A stretch of 64,000 nucleotides of DNA, taken from the NCBI GenBank assembly GCA_016186695.1, contig JACPLC010000001.1:174706-238705 (forward strand), given 5' to 3'. This DNA comes from Candidatus Kaiserbacteria bacterium. GTDB lineage: Bacteria; Patescibacteriota; Minisyncoccia; Phycocordibacterales; UBA2100. Of this stretch, positions 1-12,200 are shown in pieces. The first letter of the stretch is position 1. The number at the start of each line of letters is the position of its first letter. The notes under the pieces were generated by a model. That model was not told where the DNA came from. It saw nothing but the letters and a program-made list of their open reading frames with translations, and ran no database searches. The translations under genes were made by a program, and so were the position numbers.

Positions 1-635
1 GAGTCGCGTTCCTTGCGGGGGTGTACGCACGTGTCGCTGCGCTCGGGCTCGCACTGCTTTGGCTTGCGAGCATACCCCTCGCCGGAGTGATCGCGATACT
101 CGAAGACGTTTGGGTGCTTTCGACCGCACTCTTCGTGCTCATCATGGGGAGCGATTACTTCAGCCTTGTGCCGTGGCGGGCGTTCGCGCACCTGACGCGC
201 CGTTACCACGAATATGCCTTGCCGCTCTTGAGACTCGGCACGGGTGCAACGCTCCTCGTGCTCGGCTTTTCGGAAAAGATCCTTCGTCCCGAGCTCGGCA
301 TCAACTTTCTTGCACAACATGATTGGAATTTCATGCAGCTTCTCGGGTTCGAATGGTATTCCGACTACCTCTTCGTGCTCTCTGCGGGCGCGGTCGAATC
401 TCTGCTCGGCCTCATATTCATTCTCGGCGTTGTCACGCGCTTGAATGCACTCGTCCTCGCAATCTTTTTCACTATCCCAATGTTCATCTTAGGACCGATA
501 GAGCTCGCGGGGCATCTGCCGCATTTCGCGGCCGTAGTTCTACTCCTTCTCTTTGGCGGGGGAAATAGGCTGAAGATCAGTCAAAAGCTACGCGCTCATC
601 GTAGACGGACAGCATTATCCGCGGGTGCTGGCTGA
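1..635 (+). CDS. DoxX-like membrane protein (probably 5'-truncated by the window edge)
   Basis: Multi-TM ORF with LLRLGTG..LGFSEKI..P and IELAGHLP motifs typical of DoxX-family proteins. Confidence 0.6.
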   Translation, partial: VAFLAGVYARVAALGLALLWLASIPLAGVIAILEDVWVLSTALFVLIMGSDYFSLVPWRAFAHLTRRYHEYALPLLRLGTGATLLVLGFSEKILRPELGINFLAQHDWNFMQLLGFEWYSDYLFVLSAGAVESLLGLIFILGVVTRLNALVLAIFFTIPMFILGPIELAGHLPHFAAVVLLLLFGGGNRLKISQKLRAHRRRTALSAGAG

Positions 636-675
636 GCAAGGTGCCGCACGACGCAACCGAAGCTATAATTGGCCC

Positions 676-3600
676 ATGGCACGGCGCGCGTACGCGGCAG
701 CTTTCGCTGTCGTCGTATTTGCAGGATTTGTGGCGTGGACATATGAGTGGTCGGCTGCAGCAGTGCCGACCGCCCAAACAGCCTCAGCTGCAAGACCGGC
801 AGCAGAAGGCGAAGCGACGAACACCTACTGTCGGAAGGCTGCGAAGATAGTGGCACCAAGTGAACTCACTGCGCTGAAATGCTCTGCTTCGCTCGGCAAC
901 TCCTCTCATGTTCGGGCAGTACGCGGGGACTGTACGCTGAACGGAACGTGCAAGGCCGTGGAGTATCAAGGTCAAGACGACGAATGGGTGAAGATCGGAG
1001 ACGCAGATACTTCAAAGTTTTCATCGGAGAGTAGTATACCGACGGCTGTGGGGGAGTACGCGAGGTCGCAGAAAACACTTGATGCGCTCTATGGAAGGGC
1101 GGATGCGCTTCAGCAGGAGCAGGCCAATATTGCTCCGATCGGCGACGTGCTTTCGCCCGAGAAGCAAGCAGAACTCATTTCCCTTGAGCGCGCGATACAA
1201 AACGAGGAGTCTGTATTCTCCAAAATCGCGATGTTTGCGAGCGGGGAGGAGCAGACTCGTGACGTCGGTGCTACTGAGAGCGGAGGGGCATTCTCCGGTG
1301 CGTCTCCTGCAGGCCCGGTTGCTCTGAATCCGGACACTGCCGGGTCACCGACGAATCTAGGAGACAGAAGTGGTTCTCCTCGGAGTGCGGAATCCAGCTT
1401 CGGCGATGGTATAGCAGTTCCATATTTCAATGAAACGAAGCACTTGATGCAAGAAACCGGATTCGGACAGAATCCGGATGGAGCGCCCAGTGACGTCCGC
1501 GCCGTCCAACAAACGTTGCCGGAGCTTTCGCGGGCCGCTGAAGATCAGACGGGAGTGCGCGCATACTACCTTCCGACGGAGTTTACACTGCGTGATCCGG
1601 AGCGGCCCCTTACGTCTTCTGTCGATGCTAACCCAGATTCCCGGCAACTCGTTACGGTATTCGGCACGAAGGAGGAAGCAGATCGTGCTGTGGCAGCCTA
1701 CGTTGCTGCACAAACCTACCTTGCCCGAAATGAAGCGAGCGTAGCACAACGCGAGGCAGCGGTTTCAGAAGCATTCTCGGAGGATGCCAATAAGCCAGCG
1801 TTCTATGTTCCGCGTGGCGGACCTGAGCCACTATCGCATTTACGCGAGCAAAATGAGCAGATACGAGCAGCCTCTGAGGCATTTCTTGTGGGCGATCCAG
1901 CGTTCATGCAACGACTCTCAAAAATCGATGGGAGTCAACGTGAACTGCAGGGACCGGGCATTCTCTCAACGCTTCAACAGACGCTCCATGAGTATGGACA
2001 GACATCGGGCGATTGGGCCGGGGCTTGGAATTCTCTTAAAGAGGGAGACATTATCGGCGGGGTAACCAAGCATTGGTCAAACGTTTTGCAAGCGGTGCCC
2101 CGTACCATGGCAGCGAATCTCGATCGTGCGCTCGGCAATGATGCCGAGACCTCCTATCTTGGGGTGTTCTGCCAGTCGTGTGAGGCAGATATTGTGCGAT
2201 CGGCTCGCATCCAAGCTGGCATGGATATTGCGATGACGGGACTTCTGGGCAGAGAAGCACCTACGCTTCTCGCACGAGCGGGACAGGAGGTCTGGTCTTT
2301 GGCGCGGCCTCTCGGAGAGGATGCCGCGGTCCTATTTCGCAATGAGGGTTTTGCGTCACTCCTTGAGGGAACAGGTATAGAGGTACGGTCAGCAGGCTTG
2401 CTCGAATCTCCTCTCTCAAGCGGCAATGTACTCGATCTCGCCTATAACGCGCGAACAGGAGCATTCGAAATTTCAAACGTTGCCGAGAGAGCCGTAGTTC
2501 CCAGCAATGAGGGATTTCTCGCAGGTACGGAAATTCCTCTTGCGCCAGCAGTAGATTCAATCGGTTTAGAGACTCTTGTACCTCGCGTCGGGGTCGATGC
2601 ATTGGCAAGCGAATCCGGACTGTCTGCTCGCTTCGGCGGCCCAAGAGAACTTGGCATGACCTATGAAGGGAGAGGCACTGGTCTTGTACCAAGCACAGCA
2701 GTCGGGCTTGAACTGCCGCCCGGAACAGCAGCGCGCTTCGAGAGCTCGCATCCGATCCTCACGGGTCCCTCTGTTCCTGGGCTCGATCGTGCCGTTTTTT
2801 CTGAGCCACTTGCGGATAAACCGCCGCTTTCCTCCGATAATATCGCGATTGAAAAGGAATCAACATTGCCAACAAGCGCGACGTCATACACAGACGAACG
2901 ACTGGCTACCCTATATCGTCTACCAGAAAACGTTAATCTGGCGGCTGTCAGAGACATTCTTCCTTCTCCACCCGACCCTTTTCCTGTGAGTTTGCCTGAG
3001 ACAGACGATATATTGTTTCGGGTACCTGCTCGCAGTCTGACTGATGGGCAGATTGATGAAATTGTCGGTCGGACGACCTCTGCACTGAATGACTATTGGG
3101 CGCAGGAATTTACCGAGCGAGGGGAAGTGTACAATCCAGCAAACGTCGTGACGTACGGAGGCAAGTCACCAATCAGTGACCCTTCCGTCCCTATCCCACC
3201 TCCGGAAGAATATGGTCCCTATGGCGATCCAAGAACCGGAATTACGTACATCGATAGGCAAGCTATTAGAGATCTCAATTCGTTGTGGGTTCATTCTCGG
3301 GGTGAGCAAGTGCAAATGGTCGTGGCTCACGAAATAGCTCACGACGTCGCAAGACAGTTGGGAATCTACAACAACTTCGACACGGCCGCCAACTCCTCGC
3401 TTATGGAGCAGCAGGCACAATATCTTGCTGGAGCGAGCCTTCGAGAGGCTGGTTTGTTGCGTGAGGGCTATCCGGAACAGTTCTATTACTCTTCAGCAGC
3501 GTATGGACAGGATTTCAAACAATTAACAGAATTAAGCGCTAGCCTCAATGAGAGCTATTATACGTATCCGACAGGTAAGGAAATGGCTCAATCAATTTAT

Positions 3601-3861
3601 GCGGGCATGGCCGAAGCCAACGTCGATAAAGGATTCTCGATGCTCGGTGGAGAATCTCGTGTCCGCGCCCCAGATATATTAAGTGTTTCTGAGCCATCTC
3701 CTCCCTCATCTTGGTACGACACGGCGAGGACTACTGCAACGAACTTCATAGATGCCACGCAAACGAACATTGCACGCGGACTTGAGGCAGTGTATGAACG
3801 GCTTGGTATACCCAGCTCTGCATTACCCACATGGGCGTCCAAACGTTTGCTAAGGCGCTAG
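676..3861 (+). CDS. Large secreted protein: signal peptide, Cys-rich N-terminus, C-terminal neutral zinc metallopeptidase (YpfJ/Zn_peptidase-like) domain
   Basis: ATG 676 lies 6 nt after TATAAT; hydrophobic N-terminus; LNDYWAQEF..GPYGDP..ITYID..VVAHEIAHDV..MEQQAQYLAG matches the HExxH+E pattern of YpfJ. Confidence 0.7.
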   Translation: MARRAYAAAFAVVVFAGFVAWTYEWSAAAVPTAQTASAARPAAEGEATNTYCRKAAKIVAPSELTALKCSASLGNSSHVRAVRGDCTLNGTCKAVEYQGQDDEWVKIGDADTSKFSSESSIPTAVGEYARSQKTLDALYGRADALQQEQANIAPIGDVLSPEKQAELISLERAIQNEESVFSKIAMFASGEEQTRDVGATESGGAFSGASPAGPVALNPDTAGSPTNLGDRSGSPRSAESSFGDGIAVPYFNETKHLMQETGFGQNPDGAPSDVRAVQQTLPELSRAAEDQTGVRAYYLPTEFTLRDPERPLTSSVDANPDSRQLVTVFGTKEEADRAVAAYVAAQTYLARNEASVAQREAAVSEAFSEDANKPAFYVPRGGPEPLSHLREQNEQIRAASEAFLVGDPAFMQRLSKIDGSQRELQGPGILSTLQQTLHEYGQTSGDWAGAWNSLKEGDIIGGVTKHWSNVLQAVPRTMAANLDRALGNDAETSYLGVFCQSCEADIVRSARIQAGMDIAMTGLLGREAPTLLARAGQEVWSLARPLGEDAAVLFRNEGFASLLEGTGIEVRSAGLLESPLSSGNVLDLAYNARTGAFEISNVAERAVVPSNEGFLAGTEIPLAPAVDSIGLETLVPRVGVDALASESGLSARFGGPRELGMTYEGRGTGLVPSTAVGLELPPGTAARFESSHPILTGPSVPGLDRAVFSEPLADKPPLSSDNIAIEKESTLPTSATSYTDERLATLYRLPENVNLAAVRDILPSPPDPFPVSLPETDDILFRVPARSLTDGQIDEIVGRTTSALNDYWAQEFTERGEVYNPANVVTYGGKSPISDPSVPIPPPEEYGPYGDPRTGITYIDRQAIRDLNSLWVHSRGEQVQMVVAHEIAHDVARQLGIYNNFDTAANSSLMEQQAQYLAGASLREAGLLREGYPEQFYYSSAAYGQDFKQLTELSASLNESYYTYPTGKEMAQSIYAGMAEANVDKGFSMLGGESRVRAPDILSVSEPSPPSSWYDTARTTATNFIDATQTNIARGLEAVYERLGIPSSALPTWASKRLLRR

Positions 3862-3906
3862 AAGTCGAACGCACTGTTCGTTTCTCTCTTTTGATACTAT
3901 AGGTCG

Positions 3907-4548
3907 ATGAAAGGCCGTAAGTATGTGCTTTTTGATTTCGATGGTGTCATTGCGGATTCGTATGCTGTCGCATGGTCGACAGCCAAAAAGCTATGCGCGC
4001 GCCTTACAGACGGTGAATATCGCTCACTTTTTGAAGGCAATGTGTATGAGACGCACGACGCGCTCCTCTCGGAGCCGCATGGGCCGGAATGTAGTCACGA
4101 TCTCGATTGGTTTAGCATCTTCACGCCAGCATTTGAAGAACAGGCGACATTGTTTGCGGGCATGCGCGAGGTTATTGAAAATCTTTCGCATACGTATGTG
4201 CTCGTTATCGTCTCCTCTACGCTCACGAGTCCGATTCAAGGATTTCTCGAGAAGCACCACATCGGCCGCTACTTTTCGGAGGTGATGGGAGCCGACGTGC
4301 ACACAGGGAAGCGCGAGAAAATCCACATGATCTTCGAAAAGTACGACATAACCGCTCCTCTGTGTGTCTTTATTACCGACACCTTGGGCGACATGCACGA
4401 GGCAAAGGCCGCGGGCGTCGGCGCGATAGGCGTCTCGTGGGGCTTCCACCCGCGCGAGACACTGCAAAAAGGAGAACCCTTCCGCATTGTCGACCGTCCC
4501 AAAGAAATTCCCGCAGCCGTCTCGGATTATTTTACCCGCTCGAACTAG
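3907..4548 (+). CDS. HAD-superfamily hydrolase (Gph-like)
   Basis: FDFDGVIADS motif I; ITDTLGD motif IV; GVSWGF. Confidence 0.9.
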   Translation: MKGRKYVLFDFDGVIADSYAVAWSTAKKLCARLTDGEYRSLFEGNVYETHDALLSEPHGPECSHDLDWFSIFTPAFEEQATLFAGMREVIENLSHTYVLVIVSSTLTSPIQGFLEKHHIGRYFSEVMGADVHTGKREKIHMIFEKYDITAPLCVFITDTLGDMHEAKAAGVGAIGVSWGFHPRETLQKGEPFRIVDRPKEIPAAVSDYFTRSN

Positions 4549-4578
4549 AGGGTAATATTGAAACGCTATGTACGTCTT

Positions 4579-6057
4579 ATGAGTATGAAACTTGCACGCG
4601 CTTTTGTCGTTGGTGTTTTTTTGCTTGTGCCATTTGCGGCAGAGGCAGCGATGCAGAAATCATTCGAAGTTTCGGGGTGGATTCCGTACTGGCGGGTGGC
4701 GACCGGCACTGCCGATGTGCTCCCGAATATTTCCACGCTCACGGAAGTGAACCCGTTCGTGTATACGCTCGTCGAGGATGGCGCACTTATCGATAACGGT
4801 CTCATCGACCAAGAGCCGTGGCTCTCGCTTCGGAGAGATGCGAGTAGTAAAAATATCCGCTTTATTCCGACGGTCATGACCGGCAACAGTGAACTCGTTC
4901 ACGCGCTTTTGAGCAATACGCAATCGCGCATCGCGCTTGAGGATACACTCGCAAACCTTGTGAAAGAGAGCGGGTTCGATGGCATCGATATCGACTTTGA
5001 GGGGAAAAAAGCGGAGACGAGAGACTACTACTCTACGTTTCTGAAAGGGCTCAAGATGCGCCTCAAGGATAAGTGGCTCATGTGCACCATCGAATCGCGA
5101 ACACCCATCGCCGACCGCTACTTCGGCACAACGCCGCCGCCGGACGCGACGACCTATGCAAACGACCTCAAGGCAATCGGGAAATACTGCGATCGCGTGC
5201 GCATCATGGCCTACGACCAGCAGGGTATCGACCTCAAACTCGCCGACGAGGCGGCAAAAGCCGGTCTTCTTTACGCGCCTGTCGCGGATCCGCGCTGGGT
5301 CGAAAAAGCCATACTTTTAGCCGCAAAAGACATTCCGAAGAATAAGCTCATGATCGGCGTTCCCACCTACGGCTATGAGTACGACGTCACTGCGTACGCC
5401 AACAATGAGTACGTGTACGACATCCTCTGGTCGTTCAATCCCGGTTACGCGATGCCTATCGCCGCATCTGCCGGCATCACGCCACAACGAGGGTATTGGG
5501 GAGAGATATTCTTCACCTATACGGGAGCGGGTACCTCCTCGCCGCCGCTCACAGACACGAACAACTCCGCACTCGTTGCTGCGACGAGCGCCTCGACGAT
5601 CGCGAGCACGACCAACTCAAACCTCACGTTCCGTATGATGGTCTGGCCCGACGCGGAATCCGTGCGGCAGAAAGTTGAGCTTGCGAAGCGTCTCGGCGTG
5701 CGCGGTATTTCCATCTTCAAACTCGACGGAGGACAGGATCCCGCAATTTGGAATGTGCTCGCGACGAGTGCGAAAGCGCCCGCGCGCGCTGCGCTCGCGC
5801 GGGCGCTCAAGCTCGGCTCTGTGGGCGAAGACGTGCGCACACTCCAGATGATACTGAATGCCGATGCGGCGACACAGATAGCAGCAAGCGGCACGGGTTC
5901 ACTGGGGAGTGAAACTACCCGCTTCGGCGCTCTCACCAAGCGCTCAGTACAAAAATTCCAGGAGAAGTACGGACTTTCGAAGCGCGGGGCTGCTGCCTAT
6001 GGATTCGTCGGCCCTAAAACTCGCGCGAAGCTGAACGAACTCCTGCAGACGCTCTAA
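4579..6057 (+). CDS. Secreted GH18 glycoside hydrolase with C-terminal peptidoglycan-binding domain
   Basis: Signal peptide; [10 protein letters not shown] (DxDxE); IMAYDQ; C-terminal [27 protein letters not shown]. Confidence 0.85.
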   Translation: MSMKLARAFVVGVFLLVPFAAEAAMQKSFEVSGWIPYWRVATGTADVLPNISTLTEVNPFVYTLVEDGALIDNGLIDQEPWLSLRRDASSKNIRFIPTVMTGNSELVHALLSNTQSRIALEDTLANLVKESGFDGIDIDFEGKKAETRDYYSTFLKGLKMRLKDKWLMCTIESRTPIADRYFGTTPPPDATTYANDLKAIGKYCDRVRIMAYDQQGIDLKLADEAAKAGLLYAPVADPRWVEKAILLAAKDIPKNKLMIGVPTYGYEYDVTAYANNEYVYDILWSFNPGYAMPIAASAGITPQRGYWGEIFFTYTGAGTSSPPLTDTNNSALVAATSASTIASTTNSNLTFRMMVWPDAESVRQKVELAKRLGVRGISIFKLDGGQDPAIWNVLATSAKAPARAALARALKLGSVGEDVRTLQMILNADAATQIAASGTGSLGSETTRFGALTKRSVQKFQEKYGLSKRGAAAYGFVGPKTRAKLNELLQTL

Positions 6058-6200
6058 AACCACATTTAGGCTATACACAGGTTTGCACCTTGCCGGCAAA
6101 TAGTGCACTAGCCCCGTGCCTATAATGGACGTATTAGGCGCTCGTTGTCGCGTGCGTCGCATTAATCGGGGTAGTTTTTATACATTTCATTAACAATCAT

Positions 6201-9200
6201 ATGGATATTTCACTCGTGCGCCATCAGGCGAAAGTTTTCGCATTTGTATTGTTTACTGCTCTCATCCTGCTCGTCGTACTCTTGACGTCCATTGCGCGCG
6301 GTGCCGTGGGCACGCTCACGACAAGCGATCTCACGAGCACAGGCCAAACCATCAAGGCCTCGTCAGCGGCGACCGCCGTCATCGGCATCAACGTCGTCGT
6401 TTCGGCGAGCGAAACGATGGCCTCGACTTCGCTCATGATCGCAGGCACGGGTGGCTTTGTCGCCGCGGATGATCTCGCAGCGCTCGGCACCGCAACTTCC
6501 TCGGGCATCGCTATCTATCGCGACGACGCGGTCTCAGGAACAAACGGCAGCTTCGATTCCACAGATGACGTCATACCTCTCGCATCCGCACCTACATTTT
6601 CCGGTGCGACGACGACATTGACGTTTGCAGGCGTCGAGGCCTTGCCCGCGAACAACACGGGCGACAACGAGGGAAGCGACTACTTCATCGTCGTCCAAAC
6701 CTCCGCAGCGGCGACAAACGCCCGCTTGTTCACCGTCTCGCTCTACCCCGGCGAGGTCGGCTTCAACGTCGTGCGACAGAGCACACCCACCGCGCTCACA
6801 ACGAAGTCGGTCACGATCGACACCGTCGCACCCACCGTGAACACAAACACGACGGGCCCTGCGAGCGGCTCCACGAACGTGCCCGTTTCGACCTTCATTC
6901 ACATGGGTTTTAGCGAAAATCTTGACCAATCTACGCTGAATTCGAACAACATCATCTTTACCCAAAACGGCTCCGCGGTGGGTGCCGGCATCCGGCCGTT
7001 CCCTGATGGCTTCGACATCGTGGTCTCCAACCCGCCTACCTACACGGCGAGCACGAAGTTTGCGAAAGTGACGACCGTCTCGACGGGCTTCTACAATGTC
7101 TCGGGCACAAATGCCATCACGCCGCAGGGCGCCTACACCGCACCTCTCTACGGTGACATCGTCTATACGCAGTTCGGCACGTTCCCGCCGGAAGTCGGCG
7201 TTATCACCAACAGCGTTCTTACCTCGGGCACCTTCGCCATCAATGGAAACGCCCTGTTTAGCCCATCGCAGGTGACGAAGTTCGCGTCTCCCGCGTTTGC
7301 GACAACGACGGGTACGGGAAGTCCCGTCGGTATCGGGGATCTCGTTGTCACCAATACAAGTGCGAACCCCGCCGACGTCCGCTACGGCTGGCACATTGTC
7401 ACCACGGGAGCAAGCATCAACGGCTCGGGCCTGCGGCTCGATGGCGCGAGCGGTCAGCCCACCTATCCTGCCTCGACGACGCTCTCGAAGATCCTGCCTG
7501 CCGCGACCTCCACCATGGATGCTTCAGGCCGGCTGAACGCGACAACGACCTTTTCTGCCGGTGACCTCGTCTTTGCGAGAGTCGACAGAAACGGTGATCA
7601 CAACGATACGTACTCTTGGCACCTCGTCACGACGGGGGAGACCATTAATGGTCTCTTGGGATCCGGCGCAACACCGGGTACGACCTCGGCACTGCGACTC
7701 GACAGCGGTAACGGCGCGCCGCACTTCGCCCCCTCGTCTGCATTTGCAAAGATCACCACCTCCGCGACCGGTGCTATCGACTCGGGCGCGCAGAATGCGA
7801 CCGTCTTTTCTCTCGGGGACATGCTCTTTGCGAGGACGACCGCCGGCGCCTCGAATCTCGATGCGTACAACTTCCATCTCGTCTCGGGAGGCGCGACCGG
7901 TGCGACCTCGACCGCGCTCCGGCTCGACAACGCCTCCTCGAACCTCGCGACCTCAACGACATACGTCGTGACCGCCAAACCCGGCGTCACGGATAGCGCG
8001 GGGAACGCGCTTGCTGCCTCCTCGACGCTCTCCTTCACGACCGGCGGTACGGGTGGAACCAACATCTCGCCGCCCTATGTGCAAAGCAGCCAGCCGCAAG
8101 GAGGGAGCCAGAGTCACCCCATCAACGGTCCTATCAAGCTCACGTTCTCCGTAGCCATGAAGAGCGACGGCGGCGCAAACGCCGTCACGAACACCGCGGT
8201 CGTCAAACTCTCGACTGACGTGAATGGCCAGCCCGGCGTGGCGGTCACCTCGACCAACACGTACGATTCCACCACGAACACGGTCACGGTCACGCCGAGC
8301 GCGAACCTCACGGCATCCACCAACTATGTCGTGCTGGTCATGACGACGGCGCAAAGTACCAACAACATCGGCCTGCCGAATGAATACCGACTCTACTTCC
8401 GAACCTCGAGCGGCGCTGATTCTACGGCGCCGACGGTGCTGGGCGTGAATCCGACCAACAATTCGACGAATATCTCGCTCGGTCCGGTATTTACTGCCGG
8501 CTTCTCCGAAGACATGGACCCTTCGACGGTAACGAACTCGACCCTGAAGCTCGCGACACAGATCGGGGGCACTGCCGTTTCCGGCAATGTCACCTACAAC
8601 CAGCAGAGCCGCTCCGCGTCGTTTGCGCCCTCGACCGCACTTTCCGCAAGCACGGGATACAAATTCACGGTCGGCGCAGGCTTGACAGGCCCAGCGGACC
8701 TCTCGGGTAATCGCCTCGCCGCCACTTCGACGACATTCGCAACAACGACCGCGACGGCCGACACATCGGCGCCATCGGTGCAGTTCGCAAGTGCAGACAA
8801 CTTCGGTATCGCTATCACGTTCTCCGAGACAATGAAGACGGGTGGCGGACCGAACGCGGCCGACAACGTCGCCAACTACACACTCGAGAGCCCTCTTGGC
8901 ACCTCGATCGGTTTAGGTGGCAAAACGGTGACATACGACGGCATGACAAAGACCGCCCGCATCTCCGGGCTTTCACTCTCGAACGGCAGCCAGTTCAAGG
9001 CGACGGTTGCTACCCCCGTACAGGACTTGGCAGGGAACGGCATCTCGACATCGGGGACGCCCGCGGGCAACATCGCGGTCGGCACGGTGCAAAATTCTTC
9101 GCAAACAGGCGGCCAGCTCGGCCCCGGCACGGGCACTATCGATCAAAGCGTGCAGGGCATGAATCCGACACAGCTCATGCCGATGGTCCGCATGGCAGGC

Positions 9201-12200
9201 GCCATATCCGACTATCGGGTTAACTTCCTTGCAGGGACTTCTATCCCCTCGGGCGGGCAGATCATTGTCACCTTCCCTTCAGGCTTCGACGTGTCGCGTG
9301 CTTCTACCACACCCGCAGCCTCGTCGCTCTGCAACAACGACATCAATGGCACACAGTTCAGCGGGCCCGCGAGCTTGCCTGTGATCGCATCGGCATCTGC
9401 GAATTCTGATGCCGGCACGGTCACCATCACGACTGCGGGCGACGCGACCGGCGCGAACACATTCATCTGTCTCGAGCTTACCGGTATCATCAACTCGACC
9501 GTGCCCTCGAGCTCCGGCTATACCGGCGACATCAAGACGCGCGACACGGCCGCGAACAATCGCGCTATTCTCGAGACGAAGACCACCTCGCCGTTCTTCC
9601 TCGGAGCGGCGGGCACTCGCACGCTCACGGTCAACGTCTTCAATGATGGAAATGCGAACAGCACCAACAACGCAAACGAAGGCATCGCCGCAGTGAAAGT
9701 CTTCCTCTTCTCGCCCGCGACTGGTGGCAACTCAACGACCACCAACGCCTCCGGTGTCGCCTCCTTCACCTCCCTTGCCGACGGTGACTACATGGTCGGT
9801 ATCGATCCGGGCACGCTTGCCTCGGCGTCTTCGACGGTTGTATACAACTCGTCTCCCCAGCCCATAACCATCTCTGCGACGAACCTCACGAAGAACATCA
9901 TCGTCTCCGGAGGGGGCAGTACCATCGCGCTTTCGGGTACAGTGACCGGCCCTAACGGCACCGATGTCGACATATTCGCTTCTTCGGGGCAGGGCTTCAC
10001 GAAGGTCGTGAAAACGATGACAGGAAGCGCCGTTTCCTACTCGCTCCGCATCTCGCCGAGCACGATATATAGCGTCGGCGTCGGCCCGGGGATGCCCGAT
10101 TCATTCTTCATTCCGGGAGGTCCACCGCCAAAGCCCCCGACCTTCACCTTCATGCCGCCGCCGAACGTGACGGTCATCGCAACGACGACGAACGTCACCG
10201 GAGTGAACTTCACGCTCTCCTCCGCGGATAAAACCATCACGGGCACCGTCGTCGATTCTGCAGGTAGCGCGGTATCGAATGCGGGAGTCTTCGCACGGCC
10301 AATCTCCAACACCACGTCTGGGGGTGGTCCCACCTCCGATCTCGGCTTCGGAAGCGGCGGCCAGACAGACACCTCTGGCGCCTTCTCCATCAATGTGGTC
10401 GCGGGCACGTACCTCGTCGGCGTCTTCAAGCCAGGCATGCCGAGCGTTCCCGACCAGCAGATAACCGTCCCCTCGAGCGGCGCGAACACGCCGAGCTCGC
10501 TTGCGTTCAAACTTGGCACCGCCTCGACGCTCACCATTTCCGGTACCGTGAAGGACGATAACGGCAACGCGATTCCGTACGCCGGCGTCGGCGGACGCAA
10601 GGTCGTCTCTACTGCCGACACGACGCCGATAGGCGGCGGTCAGGGTAACTTCGTGGGCGGCCCGACGGACGCCAACGGCGCATACACGCTCTATGTCACC
10701 AACGGCGTATGGCAGATCGAGGCGTACGCTCCCGGCTTCGGCAAGCTCGGCTCAAAAACGGTCACCGTCTCCGGTTCCTCCCTATCAGGGCAGGACTTCT
10801 CCGCGCAGACACTCTCCCTCGGCACTGTTACGGGAACGACGACCAAGGCGGCAGTCGCAGTGCAGGGCGTCATGGTACATGCCGAAGGAGCAAACGGCCG
10901 CAACTTTGGTGTTTCTGATGCAGACGGCGTGTACTCACTGAAGCTGCCTGCCGGAAGTTACACGCTCACCTGCTTCTTCCCGGGGATCGGCGATTCAACA
11001 CCGATCGACGTCACTTCTACCGCAGATACGACGAGCTACAGCAACAACTGCGCACTCGCTGCGCCGATCACCGTGACCGTCAACCTCACCGACGGCACGA
11101 ATCCGATCACGAACGCATACGTTGACGCGCGTACCTCTACGGGGCGCGGCAACGGCACGAGCGAGAGCACGAGTTCGGGTGCGAACGCCACCTACACCCT
11201 CACGCTCTCGCCCGGCACTTACACCGTTCGCGCGGGACACCCGGCCTTCGGCCCCATCGGTTCGACGGGAAGCGTTTCCTCCACACAGACCATTACCTAC
11301 ACCGCGCCCACGCTCTACAGCGTGACCGGCACGGTGAACTCCTCGGGCGTCGGCACGAACAATGCGTTTGTCTCTCTTACCGGAAGACCCACTGGGCAGA
11401 CGAACACCATCATGGTCGGCGCACAGACAAATGACAGTGGCGCCTACACGATTAGCGCGCCAAAAGGCTCGTACCAGCTCCGCGCCGATAAACCGGGCTA
11501 CATCCTTTCCGAGCCGGTCTCCGTCACTGTCGCGGGCAACACGACGGCTACGGAAGTCTCGCTCCGCGCGGCTTCGCGCACGATTTCCGGCACCGTCTCT
11601 CTCTCAAGCTCCGGCGTCTCGGGCGCGTTCGTGGATGCGACCGACGGCTCGGGAGGATTCGCAGTTGCACAAACCGACTCCGCCGGCGCCTACTCCTTGA
11701 GCGTGACACCCGCAAGCTGGGTCGTGACGGCGCGCTCTATCGGCTACCATGCCTCGACGACCGTTGATGTGACGAGTGCCTCCGCAAGCGGCCAGAACAT
11801 TACGCTCGCGGCGATCTCCGGATTCACACTTACTGCCGAGCGGCAGGAGACCATAACGCCGACGGCCGGCGGATTCGTCACCAACTCCGACATCGGTTCA
11901 AACTTCAAACTGACGATTCCTGCAAACGCGCTTGGCACCGGTTCGAATGCCGGTACCGTGAAGACGCAGGCGAACACCGCAGTGCCGGGTATCGCGAACG
12001 GCACCGTACTCTCGAAGAATGCGGTAACGATCTCAGCGGTTGACTCCTCGGGGCAGCCCGTCAAGAGCCTCAATGACGCGGTGACGGTCGTCGTGCCGTA
12101 TACCGAGGCAAGCGTTCCAAGCGGAACATCGGAGGCCGATCTGCAGCTCGGTGTATGGAACGACGCGACGCAGGCCTACGACATGCTCCCCACAACAGTC

